A stretch of DNA of 64,000 bases, taken from Geosiphon pyriformis uo1 (taxonomy: Eukaryota > Fungi > Glomeromycota). The stretch lies in assembly GCA_016748015.1 (NCBI GenBank), contig JAAOMT010000430.1:90232-154231 (forward strand), written 5' to 3'. The notes beneath the pieces were generated by a model that saw only the letters and a list, made by a program, of their open reading frames with translations, ran no database searches and was not told the DNA's origin. How positions within the stretch are numbered: position 1 is the stretch's first letter; each line of letters begins with the position of its first letter. Below, piece after piece: positions 40,413 through 52,759 of the stretch. The translations under genes and the position numbers were made by a program.

Positions 40413-40925
40413 TCTTTGTAATATTTTGATCCTTTGTATTTTTATCTATATCAATAAAATTGTCATGATGGCGATTTATCTTATATATGAGTACCTGCGT
40501 GAAAATCTGACAAAAATCAAAAAATTAGATAATACAAACATAGTCACGCGTTATTTATCGGGCATATGATAGATTATTAATTATATGCTTGTAGTACATC
40601 CCGAAATAGATTCCACCCCGAAATAGATCATATACGATTATCCCAGATATAGAACGACGTATTATCGGTGCTTCATTTTGATTGGGTAATCGCCATATAT
40701 ATCTCCCTACCGATTATCAATGATTACTTACCTCTCACGCTTCTTTTTTTTCTGCGAAAGTAATACTATTCTTCTTGAGTAGGACATCGGCTCTAGGAAT
40801 TATTCCTAACGGCTCGTCGAATTGCGTTGCTTTTGTACGTTTCTGCCTATCAGCGGAGCTAGTGTCTAGACACTTATTTAATACATTAAGACCATTTTTT
40901 CTCTGCATTCGCTTTATTATAACCA

Positions 40926-43548
40926 TGAACTCAACCAACAAACGAAAAGAAGCTGTCACGTCGGAAGAAACACCACCCACGAAGAAGTTATCACGACAGG
41001 CCCGAGCACGTAGAAATAAAAAACAGAGGCGTGAACAAGAACAGATTGTGATACATCAAGAACCTGGGATTGATGCAAACTCCCTCACAAGTTCCACGGA
41101 AATGAATTCGATAATAAATACCACCGATATAATTTTTGATCCGACTCGAGAAATATTACCGTTAATTTTATAAAATGTCTTTGCGCTAGATACATTTGTG
41201 TTGATAAGGCTGTCTTAGTTATTTGCGTGGGTTTGTGGAACAGAACGGAGCCGTGACCGTCCTGCGCTTTGGCTAAGACAATTTGTTTGTTCCTCAAAAT
41301 GTAATCTTGTCGCTGAGTCATTTAGAGATAGGTTTTTTTTGCTCACCTGTTGCTAGTGGCAAAACAAAAACACTAAGAGAAATTCTCGATTCCTTAGCCA
41401 AAAATAGAGCAGATTTGCCTTGTTTAACTGGATTTCATATCGTAAAACTCTTAGCAATGAGACTAAAGCTAAAGTTGAAATATTGCAAAATTCAGGACTT
41501 CGTGTATGCCATTATCAGGAAAATGAGGGTAATTTAGCTATACGCGACTGGGATGTTATTATTGTCCAAGTTGAAAGTACCCATCGTCTTAATTTCTATG
41601 GAAGGCGTTCTTACGTAGTTATCTTAGACGAAAATAATGCTATTATGCGTCAAATGTCTAGTGGAGTTCATGCACGTGAATCTGAAAATGCTATGCGGGA
41701 TTTATTAAAATCAGCTGTTCATGTTATTTCTATGGATGCATTTGCAAACGAATCGACTTTAAACTTTTTGAGACAATATCGAGGTGGAGATATAAGAATT
41801 TTTGATAACGAATATAAGCCACGTGAAGGTGAGACTGTTAAAATTCTTTATGATCCAGATAAAGGATCAGAAGCTATACATAGGGGTCTTAAGATGCTTC
41901 AGGAAGGTAAACGAGTTGCTTTTTCAATGACCTCATGCAAAAAAGCACGAGCTTTGGCAAACCAAGCTTCCAAATCACAAAAACCAGACGGCTCGCACGT
42001 TTTATCACGAGTTTATTTTGGCCAAATGGATGGAAAGCAACGGCAGGATGACTTTGCCGATATTAATGCTACTTGGAGTGGTCTTGATTGTGTGGTTTAT
42101 ACAAGTACTGTAGAAGCTGGCATCTCTTTTGAAATTTCCAATCATTTTGATGCAGTTATAGGAATAAGTAATATTAATACAGGAGTACATGCTGAAGCTT
42201 TTGCACAAATGTTTTATCGAGTTCGCGATTGCCCATATCGTATTATTTCTCTCTATAATAGTAAAAAAACTGGCATTTTCAAAGAACCGAATCGTGATCT
42301 CATTCGTGCTGAACTTTCTGCCCTGAGACCTGGCGACTTGCCAACTGCTATAAAAGGACATCGTGAATGGAATAAAATTAACGACTGTTATACACTTCAT
42401 TCATCTCCAGCCGTAGAGACTTATATTGAGGTCGAATATGAAAGACGCTTATCGGCCAAATATTTTCCTGAGATTCTTTGTAGTCTTATTGCTAGTACTG
42501 GAGCAACTCTTGAATTAATTTTGGCAGAAGATACTGAAAAAGTTAACAGAAATGAAATTTCTCATACTATTAAGAATATTGAGAAAAATATTAAAAGCTC
42601 GGATGCAGAATCAATAGCAAATGCTCCAGATATTAGTCCCAATAAAGCTGAAATTCTTAAGCAAAATCCTATATGCTCTTTTGCTGATAACATGACTTTA
42701 CAACGTCATTATTTATGGAGAACATATGCTTCAGGTGATATTGGTGGCAAGGATGATATTCGAAACTGGGGTATGAATAATGATAATTGGATTAAGCTTT
42801 GTAATATAGATTTCGTAAAAAAATTCAATAATCCTGAACCTTTACAACATTTTAGAAAGCTGGCATATTTCAGAAGACAAGGTTCCAATGCGACAAAAGC
42901 TATAGAAAATCTAAAAATCAAAGAAAAAATGCAATGGGAAGATTCACATGAATCTATGGATCCATCTTCAGTCGATTTGCATAAATTTTATTCAGCAAAA
43001 CAATGGGAAGCGGTACATAATCTTGTCCAATCAATAGGTTTAGAGATATAGATGATATGAATATTCTTTCTGGTGATGATGTGGCTAAGACTTTCGAGCA
43101 ATTACGGGAAAAAATCGTTAAAATTCGAGAAAATGCATTGTTACTCCTTGGTTTTAAGACCAGAGCTAAAGGATTGCTCGATCTCAATGCTACAATAAAA
43201 TTTATTAATGCGGTAATGGGTAGTTGGTACGGTTATACTATCAAGAGTGGTGCAACTTGTGTAGGTTCTAAAGAACATCAAGTATGGAAAAAAACGTATT
43301 GGATTGATCGCAACCCATATTGTGGAGCTGGCTTTAATAATCAAGAAGTAATAGCTAGGAAGTTAGAATATTGTCCTATAGCTCCAGTTCTTCCATCATA
43401 TAAGTCAAAGGTAATTGACGAAATTCAGGATCTTTTCGATTCAATACCCATTACTACTGATATCGCCATTTCAAAATTCAGTAATGAGGTTTGTGAAAAG
43501 AGTTCTTGCAATAACATAGTTGAAAAATCCGTAACAGATTTGCCATAA
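40926..43548 (+). pseudogene. Herpesvirus UL9-like replication origin-binding protein / SF2 helicase (Herpes_ori_bp type), frameshifted
   Basis: Motif I SPVASGKT (~41343), Ia ISYRKTLS, IVQVESTHRL, II VILDE, III ISMDAF, V YTSTVEAGISF, VI QMFYRVR. Single-base frameshifts at ~41423 and ~43042. Basic NLS-like N-terminus (KRK..KKLSRQARARRNKK) from ATG 40926, separated by an interruption at ~41160-41330. Confidence 0.85.
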
Positions 43549-43730
43549 TTGCCCATTTTCATGTTTGATTGCAAGTATATAAGCGTCGCTTGTAGAGTGG
43601 TTGTAGTGCGTCGACTTTCGAACTTAGGCTAACACCCTTTAAAAACGATTTTCTGCGCAGACAACCGTTTGCTTTACTTGAGCACTCTTATCTTATACTT
43701 GCCAACAAAAACCCTAACCTTTTATCAAAT

Positions 43731-46303
43731 ATGTCTCAATCTACTTCTCAACCTACTATTTCTTCTAATGACATGGACATTGATGTCCCCCTAATGAACA
43801 TTAGGGAATCCGTCGCTGTCCAAAAGCTCACTGACCAGCTTGTGCTCAAGATCGGTTCTTCCGGTCTTGATAATATGTCGTTCCCTCAAATTCCATAGCA
43901 AAAAAATTATGTTCTTTTTCTATTTCATAAGATAGATGATCTGAAACGTAAAATTGTTGCTAATTCAAACCGTGACCCAAAATCTTTTCTACCCACTCCT
44001 CTTTATGATCCTTCTCAATTTCTTTCCGATGACTTACTCATGATTGATAATACGCTTGGTGAAGTTTGTGTGGCTTTAAAGCATTCTCGTGAAAATCTGC
44101 TATTGGCAAAAATTGCCGAGTATGATGCTTTCATCGATAAGTCTCCCTCAAAAGTTCATTCGGATGTCGCCAATTTAATCAGTAAAGTTCATACTGATGA
44201 CTTGGTTTCCGATGAAGCTAAGAGTGGTTTACTGGGAATTCTTGATAAAGAAATTAAGGAGTTTGAAACGTTCATTAAAACTCGTCCAGCTTTAAAGGAC
44301 TTGGTCATTGGTTCCGCTGTGGTTAGTTCCACTCCACACAAGCCTGTTTTGAAAAAATATTTTTCTAATAAGGTTGTTTCTGTAGGTTCTGGTATCGAAA
44401 CCTCCCCCAAAACGCAAGGTTCAGCCATCTCCGGCCAAGAAGAACCTCCCAAACAAAAAAGTGAAAAATGCAAAACAAGGCGATCAAAAGGGAAAAAAAA
44501 GGTCTCAAAAACAACGGTTAAACAACCGCTCGAAGCCGAAAAATCAACGAAGGTATTGGTTCACAATATTTCTTCTGTGATTATTTCCTCTTTCGTTATG
44601 GATTTCTTGAAGTTAGGTTCGAACTTTCAACTTACTTCGAAACCCTCTCTTGTTAAGACCTATCAAACGTGGTCAGGCGTCAGGAAACAAATTCTCGAAG
44701 CCTATAGTAAAATCCCTGAAAGGAAAAGAGAAAGCCTCTTAATTTTCAATCAGCGTTTACTCTTTGCATCCGACTACATTTTAAATAATTTCAATGTCCT
44801 TAAAGATCGTAGAAATAGTATTTTTAATATCTCTGGATGTGTTAATAATGTTTTATTATTTTTAATAGATCACGACTTCATTGTCGTTCCATTAGATAAA
44901 AACATGGGTCTCACTATTTGTGATTATTCTCATTATAACACTGAAATGCTTAAGCTACTTTCTGACACTTCGGTTTTTAAGCTTTGTGATGCGCCTGACG
45001 TTTCGCACTGCTCTAAATTGCTCTCGGATCATATATCTGATTTTTATATGAGCACTGACTTAAGAGAACGTAAAAATACTCATGAATACTTGCGAAAAAT
45101 ATTTTTTCCTTTACGTAATTCTGAATTACGTTTCCCTGAAATTTATGGATTATGGAAATTACACAAAAACCCTTGTGTTCTTCGTCCCATTACTCCTAAT
45201 CATTCTTGGATTATGTCCGCTGCTTCGCGTTGGTTAGCCAAACGTTGGCAACCCTACATTAAAAAATGTCCGACAGTCCTCGATAATTCTATGAGTTTTA
45301 TTTCGAATCATTATCATGGCTATGTTACTGTTGCTACATTTGACATCAAGAATATGTATACCAATATTGAAATTCGTACGCTTTATCAGCGCATTTGGGC
45401 TTGGCTGAAATTTCTTTCACCTGATCGCTCAAATTTTGAGAATCTTTGGTTGACCTTTGAAGTTAAACTTATGAGGCTTATTCTTGAGAATAGCTTTGTT
45501 CTTTATGAAGATTCGTTCTATCACCAGCACAAAAGACTGGCGATGGGTACTTCAGCTGCTCCTGTTATCACGAATTTATTCTGTGCTTCTATTAAACACA
45601 AAATTGTCGCGACTATGGGTAATACTTTTGGGTCCACTATTGTTCGTCGTTATTTGGATGATATTATCGTTATTTATGATCCTCATAAATTCGATATTAA
45701 TGCCTGGGTACGGTATTACCACTCCCTTGCTGTTCCTTCCACGTTTATTTTGGAACGCACCGATAATGACGACTATAATGCCGTATTTTTGGATTTGAAT
45801 ATTTCGGTTTTCTGGTCTGATAATCTTACCAAATTTTCAGTCCAATCTTATGACAAAACCATGTAATCCTCATATATATACTGATCCTCGGACTTTTTAT
45901 CCCAGGAAATATGTTATGAACTGGATTCAGGGCGAAAATATTCGTCATATTCGAAATAATTCGGATTTTTCCAGTTACTGGGTTCATATTAAGAAATTTA
46001 AAGCTTGACTGCTGGCTAGGGGCTATCCCCTGTTTGTGGTTGACTTTCAACTTAACAAAATACTTGCCTTGGCTTCTTGGTTCTCATGGAAAAAGAGATT
46101 TTTCTAGTACCATTGTTAAGATTCCTAATCTACCGGAAAGGCCTCTCATATGTAAAGTCATTCATGATGTCATTTTCCCTTCATTTTCGGGTCATGCCAA
46201 CTCCCTGGTACCTATAGTTACCCGTGGTAGTAGTGTTTTCAACGTTGTTAATAGAGCCAGAAGGACTTTAATCGCCCAAAAACTGGCTGAACCTACTTTT
46301 TAG
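43731..46303 (+). pseudogene. Penelope-like reverse transcriptase ORF (~856 aa reconstructed)
   Basis: ATG 43731 is in frame with ORF 44040 (TAG at 43896). Motifs IVVPLDKNMG, PEIYGLWKLHKNPCVLRPI, ATFDIKNMYTNI, LAMGTSAAPVITNLF, RYLDD, FLDLNI; thumb YDKPCNPHIYT...GENIRHIRNNS...LLARGYP after a +1 A at ~45858; TGA at 46006; +1 A at ~46058; ends ...VTRGSSVFNVVNRARR..PTF. Confidence 0.9.
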
Positions 46304-46445
46304 TGTTCGCCGGTGTTGGATCCCGATTGGTTTGCATGATCTGGCTTGACTTGGTGACGGCCGGCTAAATTATTTTATCCTTGGTCCAGCCATGTGATTG
46401 GCCATTGTCACGGGCTCTAGCACATGATTAGTTTTGTTCTATGAT

Positions 46446-46500
46446 GCTAACCCAATCCTTTACACCTGATCTTAACCCTAACCTTGACCCTAACCCTAAT
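46446..46500 (+). repeat. Degenerate telomeric repeats (CCCTAA)n, about 9 hexamers
   Basis: ctaacccaatcctttacacctgatcttaaccctaaccttgaccctaaccctaat. Confidence 0.8.
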
Positions 46501-46599
46501 ACTTATTTATAATTTTAAATTGGCTAAACAAAAAGTTAATCATATCCAAATTGGTAATTTGATTATAAATAAAATTTTTAATATTAATGTAAAGCTTAT

Positions 46600-47700
46600 T
46601 TAATTAAGTAAAAAATTAACTTAAAAAATTGAAGAATTTTTTGTTAAAAATTTAAAAACATATTAGTTTTTACAATATTAAAAAAATAACAGCAGTCTAT
46701 AGTATTAATAATATTATTATTATTAAAAATAAAAACAATCATAGAAACAAAATTTTTATAACTATTACTATTGTTAAAAATTAGAATATATTGTCAGAAA
46801 TTAGAACATATTATTAGAAACTACTAAAAAAAATATTTAATTAATATTAACAAAATTAATATTAAGTATAATTAAAATATATATAATTAATGAGATATTA
46901 ATATTTATTTTCTTAGTATTAACAACTCTAATACTTATTTTGATTATTACAAAATTATTATTAATATTTTTAAATAATAGTATAATCTTAATTTTAGTAT
47001 TAAACTTTTCAATTTATTAATTCAAAATCCTAAGTTATTAATTATAATTAAGAATAAAAAAACAACAAAAAAAATCAATTTTAATTTATATTTATATTAT
47101 TATAGAGTATAAGTTACAGTAATTTACTACTTTAAGCACTATTAAATAGATATTTTAACCAAATTGCTTATCTTGGTTTTTACAAAATTCAGAATTTTAA
47201 TATTATACTTTTAAAAAAAAAGCCATAATTAAGTTCACCAATTTTTTTTTTCCTAACAATAATCAAATTACTTTTAATATAATTTCTTTAACTATAATTA
47301 CTGAAGATAAAATACTTGCTATTATTTTTTTATTTAATAAAAAAAATTTAAATATTTTTAATTTTTTTAGTAAAGCTGTTTTAATTAAAATAAACTAATA
47401 ATAATAATATATATTAATGCCAAAACAAAATAAATAAATATTAAATTAATACTTATTAGTAAATTAACTGACAAAATAATTATAAAACAACTTATAAATT
47501 AATTAAGTTACTAAGTTAATTAATATTATTAGTTGAAATTTAAGATATTAATTAATATAAAATTATTCTTATAATTTTTACTATTAATTAGTATATATTA
47601 TTATTTCAAATTATCATTGATTATTTTATTAAATTATTCAAATTATTATTTAATTAATAATTTAATTTATATAAAACACAAATATAATTAAATTATAATG
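46600..47700 (+). mobile_element. Extremely eroded Ty3/Gypsy gag-protease relic
   Basis: NIISLTIITEDKILAIIF (~47276) and the following protease-like frame parallel the better-preserved NIPLVTIMKNELLTAIFPF...TIKLII region at ~59520-59700. Confidence 0.55.
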
Positions 47701-48149
47701 ATCAAATTATATAATACACTAAACTATATAATATTAAAAATTTCCCAAAATATTTAGTAATTTAACAAAATATTTAACAGTTTACCAAAATAATTTATAA
47801 TTTGCAGAAATAACTTGTAATTTAATAAAATATATCTTTAGTTTACCAAAATATTAAGAAAAAAAAATGCTAGATTATAGAATAGTATTATAATAAGTTG
47901 TATAAAAGAAAAGCATTTTTTAAAACAATATATCTTAGTTAAAATTAATTTTTATTAAATATCTTTTTTATAAATTAATTTTAATAAAAACTTATCTTAA
48001 AAACATAAAAATTCTTAAATATTTTTTTATTAAGATTTAATGAACAAAATCCAACTACTGTTTAGAAATTAGAAACAAACTAAAAATTTTAGTGTTAAAC
48101 ATAGTTTATATGCTTTTTACATATAATTAGCTACTTAAGCCAGTTTAAA

Positions 48150-50250
48150 CTATACTATATTAATATAACAAAAGAAAACGTATCTAAAGACAACATCTTT
48201 TGAATAATATTAAACAAGATAACACTACAAACAACCAATCCAACTAATTATTTGACTGTTTTTAAGGAGTTAGTTTTAATGCTAATAGACTTATACTTTC
48301 AAAAAAAAATTAAGTTAGAAAATATATTATTATTAATATTAACTGAATGTTTTAAATTATTAAACATATTAATATTTTCTATGCAGTACTTTTTTTTAAA
48401 AAAAACTACTTTTCTTCTCAACTTATTAATAATCTTGTTAAAAAAATTCAAATAAATTATAAGTTCATTAATCTTGAAGCTAAAAACACTGTTTAATGTA
48501 AAATTATACTTAATAAAGTATTTAAATACAATAATTAATGTATTAATAGGCTTAATAATAAACTCAACCAAAATTAACAACTTAATTAAATTGAATTTCA
48601 AAAATATTAGCTAAAAAAAAATCAAAAAATTACTAATAACCATAAAAAAAAAATAAAAACCACTAAAAAAAAAAACTTAAAAGAATCTAAAAAAGCAAAA
48701 GCTTTAACATAAGAAATATTATTCACAAAATATGATTTAAATATTTTATAGTTCACAATCAGATAATCTATTTTTTGACATTTAAAACAATATTAATAAC
48801 TAGAAGTTTTTATCAAATATGTCACTTTCTTAGTACATTAGTTTTGACAACTGCAAAGTTTAAGTCAATTTAAAATTTAAATATAATCAGAACAAATCAA
48901 AAATAATGACCAGAATTTAAAAAACAAAAAATAAAATACATTTGGCTATCAACTTAGAGAATCATATTATTAATCTCAAAAACAATGCAATCAAAAAAAA
49001 AATTAACCAACTTGGTTTTAAATCTATCTTAAAACAAAATTGTCTTCTTTTAATTTACAAAAAAAAAAATCCAAACATTATTTTTGCTCACTAAAACTAA
49101 CTAGTAATTGAAAACAAATGCAGCAGCACAAAATTTTTTAAAATAAACAATTATGTATTGTCAAATATCAACAGACTTTAGCACAACATAGAAAACAATA
49201 CCAAAAACACGAAAAGCTGTCTTAATATTAGCAGTAGACATACTTAATAACACATTACACAATACAATAGCAGCAAAAAAAGAACCAAATTAAGAAACTA
49301 CCAAAAACTTGGCAATTTTAAGAGTGATCAAACAAATAAAGCTTGTAAGTTTAATTAAAAACATAGTATTCAGAAAACTTTAAAAAGCAAATACTGTATA
49401 GAAAAGCTTTATATTGTTTTTAAAAACAAATTTCACATTCAAAAAACCATGTATAGAATGAAAAACAGCCTTAATATGAACCAATTTGATATTAAAAATA
49501 GTATTAGATATCAAAATAAAGGTTATTTACTCAGTAAATCTTTGATAACTAATAATGATTTCTTAAGTATTACTAGTAATAATACCAAAAACCAAAAAAG
49601 ATAATAATGATTCAGTTTTTATTTAATTAACTCAGTTCTCAAAAACAAGTGACTTAACAGAAAACTATTGTTTTGTTTTTAAAATTGGCAAAAATCTATT
49701 AGAGACTTTATATTTGACAACATAATTAGTAATTAATTTTGGTCTATCTTAAATGATAGACTAATTGATACAACAGAGATTTTATCTAAAATTTTATTAG
49801 AAATTACAAAGAAGTTTGTGTAACAATAATAGAAGCAAGTAATTGTCTCACTTTTTTGAATCTTTAATTTTTTTAATTATTTTATTAAAAGAGATAATAT
49901 TAGCAATACTAAATATAAAAACTATAAAAAAAAAGATTTGCTTGTTAACTAGTCTATTATTAAAAAATTTTGGGTTCTTAAAGAAAATAAAAACAACACT
50001 AAAACTAATTCAAATATGTTTTTTTAAAGAAATTTTAATTGGTAAAGAACTAATTAAAGATGAAAAAAATATTCAGCAGTCACTAAAGGCAGCTTTTTAT
50101 TAATATCTTTAAAAAATATGACCAAAACATTATGTTTAGCTGTATTAATAAAAAAAAATTCTTTTATGTTAAAATTTTATTAGTTATTATAAAAAAAGTA
50201 ACATTTGTAGCTTTTTTACTTTTTGTTCTGATCATGATTATAAAATTAAA
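48150..50250 (-). mobile_element. Degenerate LINE ORF1 relic
   Basis: Minus-strand peptides TLKIAKFLVVS..AAIVLCNVLLSMSTANIKTAFRVFGIV..LKSVDI*QYIIVYF..RFKTKLVN..CIVFEINNMI resemble the RRM-type LINE ORF1 of these fungi (from recall). Confidence 0.6.
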
Positions 50251-50699
50251 AAAACAAAGAGTTTTTGATTTTTTCTTAAATATTTTTGTTTCAATTTTAT
50301 ATTAATATTTTAAAATTAATTAATTACTAATTTTAGAAATTATTAATAACTTTTAAGTCTGAATTTAAAATGACTTTTTTGATATATATATATATTTTTT
50401 TTTTGTTTATTTTTTTTTATATTATTAAGTAGTTATAGTTAAAATTTTTTATAAAAGAGTTAATTTTTACAATAAAATAACTATATAAATTTTAAAGAAT
50501 TTACAGATAAAATTTTTTTGTAAAAGAGTTAATTTTTACTGCAAAGTAATTATACAAATAATTAATACAAAATTATTTTCTTATAAGCTTAACAGCATAA
50601 ATAGTTTAAAATATAAATATTTTGAAAAAAAAATTAACTTATTGGAAGTTTATTAAGTTCTATTAACAATATTTAAAAAAAAATAGAAAAATTTCTAAT

Positions 50700-52620
50700 A
50701 ATATTTGATGTTTTTTTAAAAATAATACAGCAATAATTAAATTAATAATTATTTTTTTGGAAACAACAATATCACAAAAATTAAAAAAAAATCTTTTTGA
50801 AAACTTAATTTATTATTTAAACAAAGATCTAAAAGTTATTAATACTAATACTTATACTATTTATTTTAAAAAACTTAATTACAATATTATCAAGTTTTGT
50901 AAAAAAAGATATTTTGTTGATTTACAATTTGTTTTTAAACTTAAATTTGAATTTAAAACTAACAACAAAGACAAAAAAAACATTTAACCAGTTTATACAA
51001 CTTTTATTATATTAAAAACAAATTTTTTAATATTTATAAATACTTAAATAAAAAATCAATTTTAAATTACCATTTTTAATTACATTTTTCTTAGCTTTGT
51101 TTGCTTAAGTACAAATATTTAATTCATCTTTTAACTAATTTTTAAGACCAGAAAACTTTATTGAAAATTTAATCTAACAGTCAAAATTAGTTTTAAACTA
51201 GTACTAATTTTTTTAATTATTTAATAGAAAACCAAAGTAAATATTTAGAAACATTAACTTATAAAAAAGACATTTCTGAATCTATTGAAAAAAAAAATAA
51301 AACAAAAAAAAAATTATAGACAACAAAAAAAATAAAAAAATAACTACTTATATTGCAAAAATTTTTAAATTTTCTAAAAAAAACATTAAAACCAGTTCTT
51401 AAGAGTGGTTTAACCAAGTTATTAAAGCAAAAAACACAAATAAATAAAATATAATAAGAATATTAAGAGCAATTTTCTATTTTTTTAAAAATTTTTTGGC
51501 AAATAATTCAAAAATTTGGCTGTTTCTTTTACAGAATATTCAATTTTTAAAACTGCTTTTTTTAAACAGTTTATAAACAACAATACTTTAATTATTCTTC
51601 AAAACCACTTTTAAAACATTAAATAAAAATTATTAAAATCTATTATAACTTATATTAAAAAGTTTAACAAATTTTTTAAAAGAATTTATTAACTTAAAAC
51701 AAATACTTACTACTCTAATTTTTAAAATTTGGATTAATCTATCACTAATTTAAAAGATAAATTAATCAGAAAAGTTTATTTATATGCTCTAACAAATTTA
51801 AATACTACTATTTAACATATTAAAAACTATAAAATAATTATGGAAAAAACAAATTGCATTAAATTTGTTAATCTTGTAATTAAAAAAACCAGTTTAATAG
51901 CTAAAAAAAAAATCAATTAACTTGTTAAGAAAGTTAAAATATACTTTGTTAACCAATAACAAAAATACTAATTATTACAATAATAAAACAAAAAAAATTT
52001 ATTGTTTAGTAATTTGTCTTAACAATCAAACAATTATTATTATGAAATTTTCAAACACTAAAAATACAATTGCCAAAAAATACAAAAAAATTAATAAAAA
52101 CAAAATAATAAACATTATTTTTTTCAATAACAACAATTTTATAATTTATTATTATTTATTTACTATTTTTTAAAATCTCAGTCTACTTATTATCAGTTTA
52201 TTTTACAATAACTACAATAATATTATCAATTATTTTTAATTTAAAATTATTAATCACTAGCAAAAAAATTAGTTCAACTTAACCAATTTACTTTTCAAAA
52301 TTGTTTTCAAATTAATAATAACAGATTTAATTTTAATAATCAATTGGTATTTTGTAATAATAATTAACAGCTATTTAAATATTTTTACATTCAATAAGCT
52401 ATTTTACAATACCAAAAAATCAAAATTTTTATCATATTGTACTTTTAAAAAGTAGAACTATAGTATAACTACAAAATTTTTTTTTAACTACACAATAATT
52501 TTACTAACAAAAATAGCCAAAAATGCCAATATTTTAGATATATTTTTATTTGAATTTAAAGCAAATAAATTATTATTCTTATTTAGCAATATAACAACTT
52601 CTTAAAAAAAGTTATTACAA
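50700..52620 (+). mobile_element. Eroded Ty3/Gypsy gag relic
   Basis: YIAKIFKFSKKNIKTSS*EWFNQVIKA..RILRAIFYFLK (~51350), FKTAFFKQFINNNTLIILQNHF, and DIFLFEFKAN (~52540), homologous to the gag at 58260. Confidence 0.65.
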
Positions 52621-52759
52621 TAATATATTGTTACAAATTAGAATAACAAGTTAACAAATAAAAAGATAGAACAAAATTATAGGATAATAGAAATAATTAA
52701 AAAAAAAATTACAATAAAAAAACAAATTAAATAAGTAAAAATTCAATATATAATAATGT

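Larger units (their letters stand above)
43549..46500 (+). mobile_element. Endonuclease-deficient Penelope-like retroelement (Athena/Coprina-like)
   Basis: PLE-type RT, no GIY-YIG domain after the thumb, TATA-like tatataag at ~43577, ~140-nt 3' UTR ending in CCCTAA-like repeats, and a sharp composition boundary at 46500. Confidence 0.85.

Noticed and set aside
37017-43548. Calling the island a complete Polinton/Maverick or giant-virus insertion
   Set aside because: No capsid, protein-primed PolB, integrase, protease or TIRs are detectable in the window.
42005-45798. Antisense and alternative-frame ORFs overlapping the helicase and RT
   Set aside because: Shadow ORFs of real coding sequence with no motifs of their own.
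44040-45866. Telomerase (TERT), group II intron or DIRS RT
   Set aside because: No T motif, maturase domain, RNase H or tyrosine recombinase; the DK, YGLxKxHK..LRPI, AMG and RGYP motifs are Penelope-type.
43549-46500. Hammerhead ribozyme or pseudo-LTR expected in PLEs
   Set aside because: By eye the only CTGAnGA (~44194) is in coding sequence without a properly placed GAAA, and the 5' and 3' UTRs do not repeat; an Infernal search would be needed to exclude variants.
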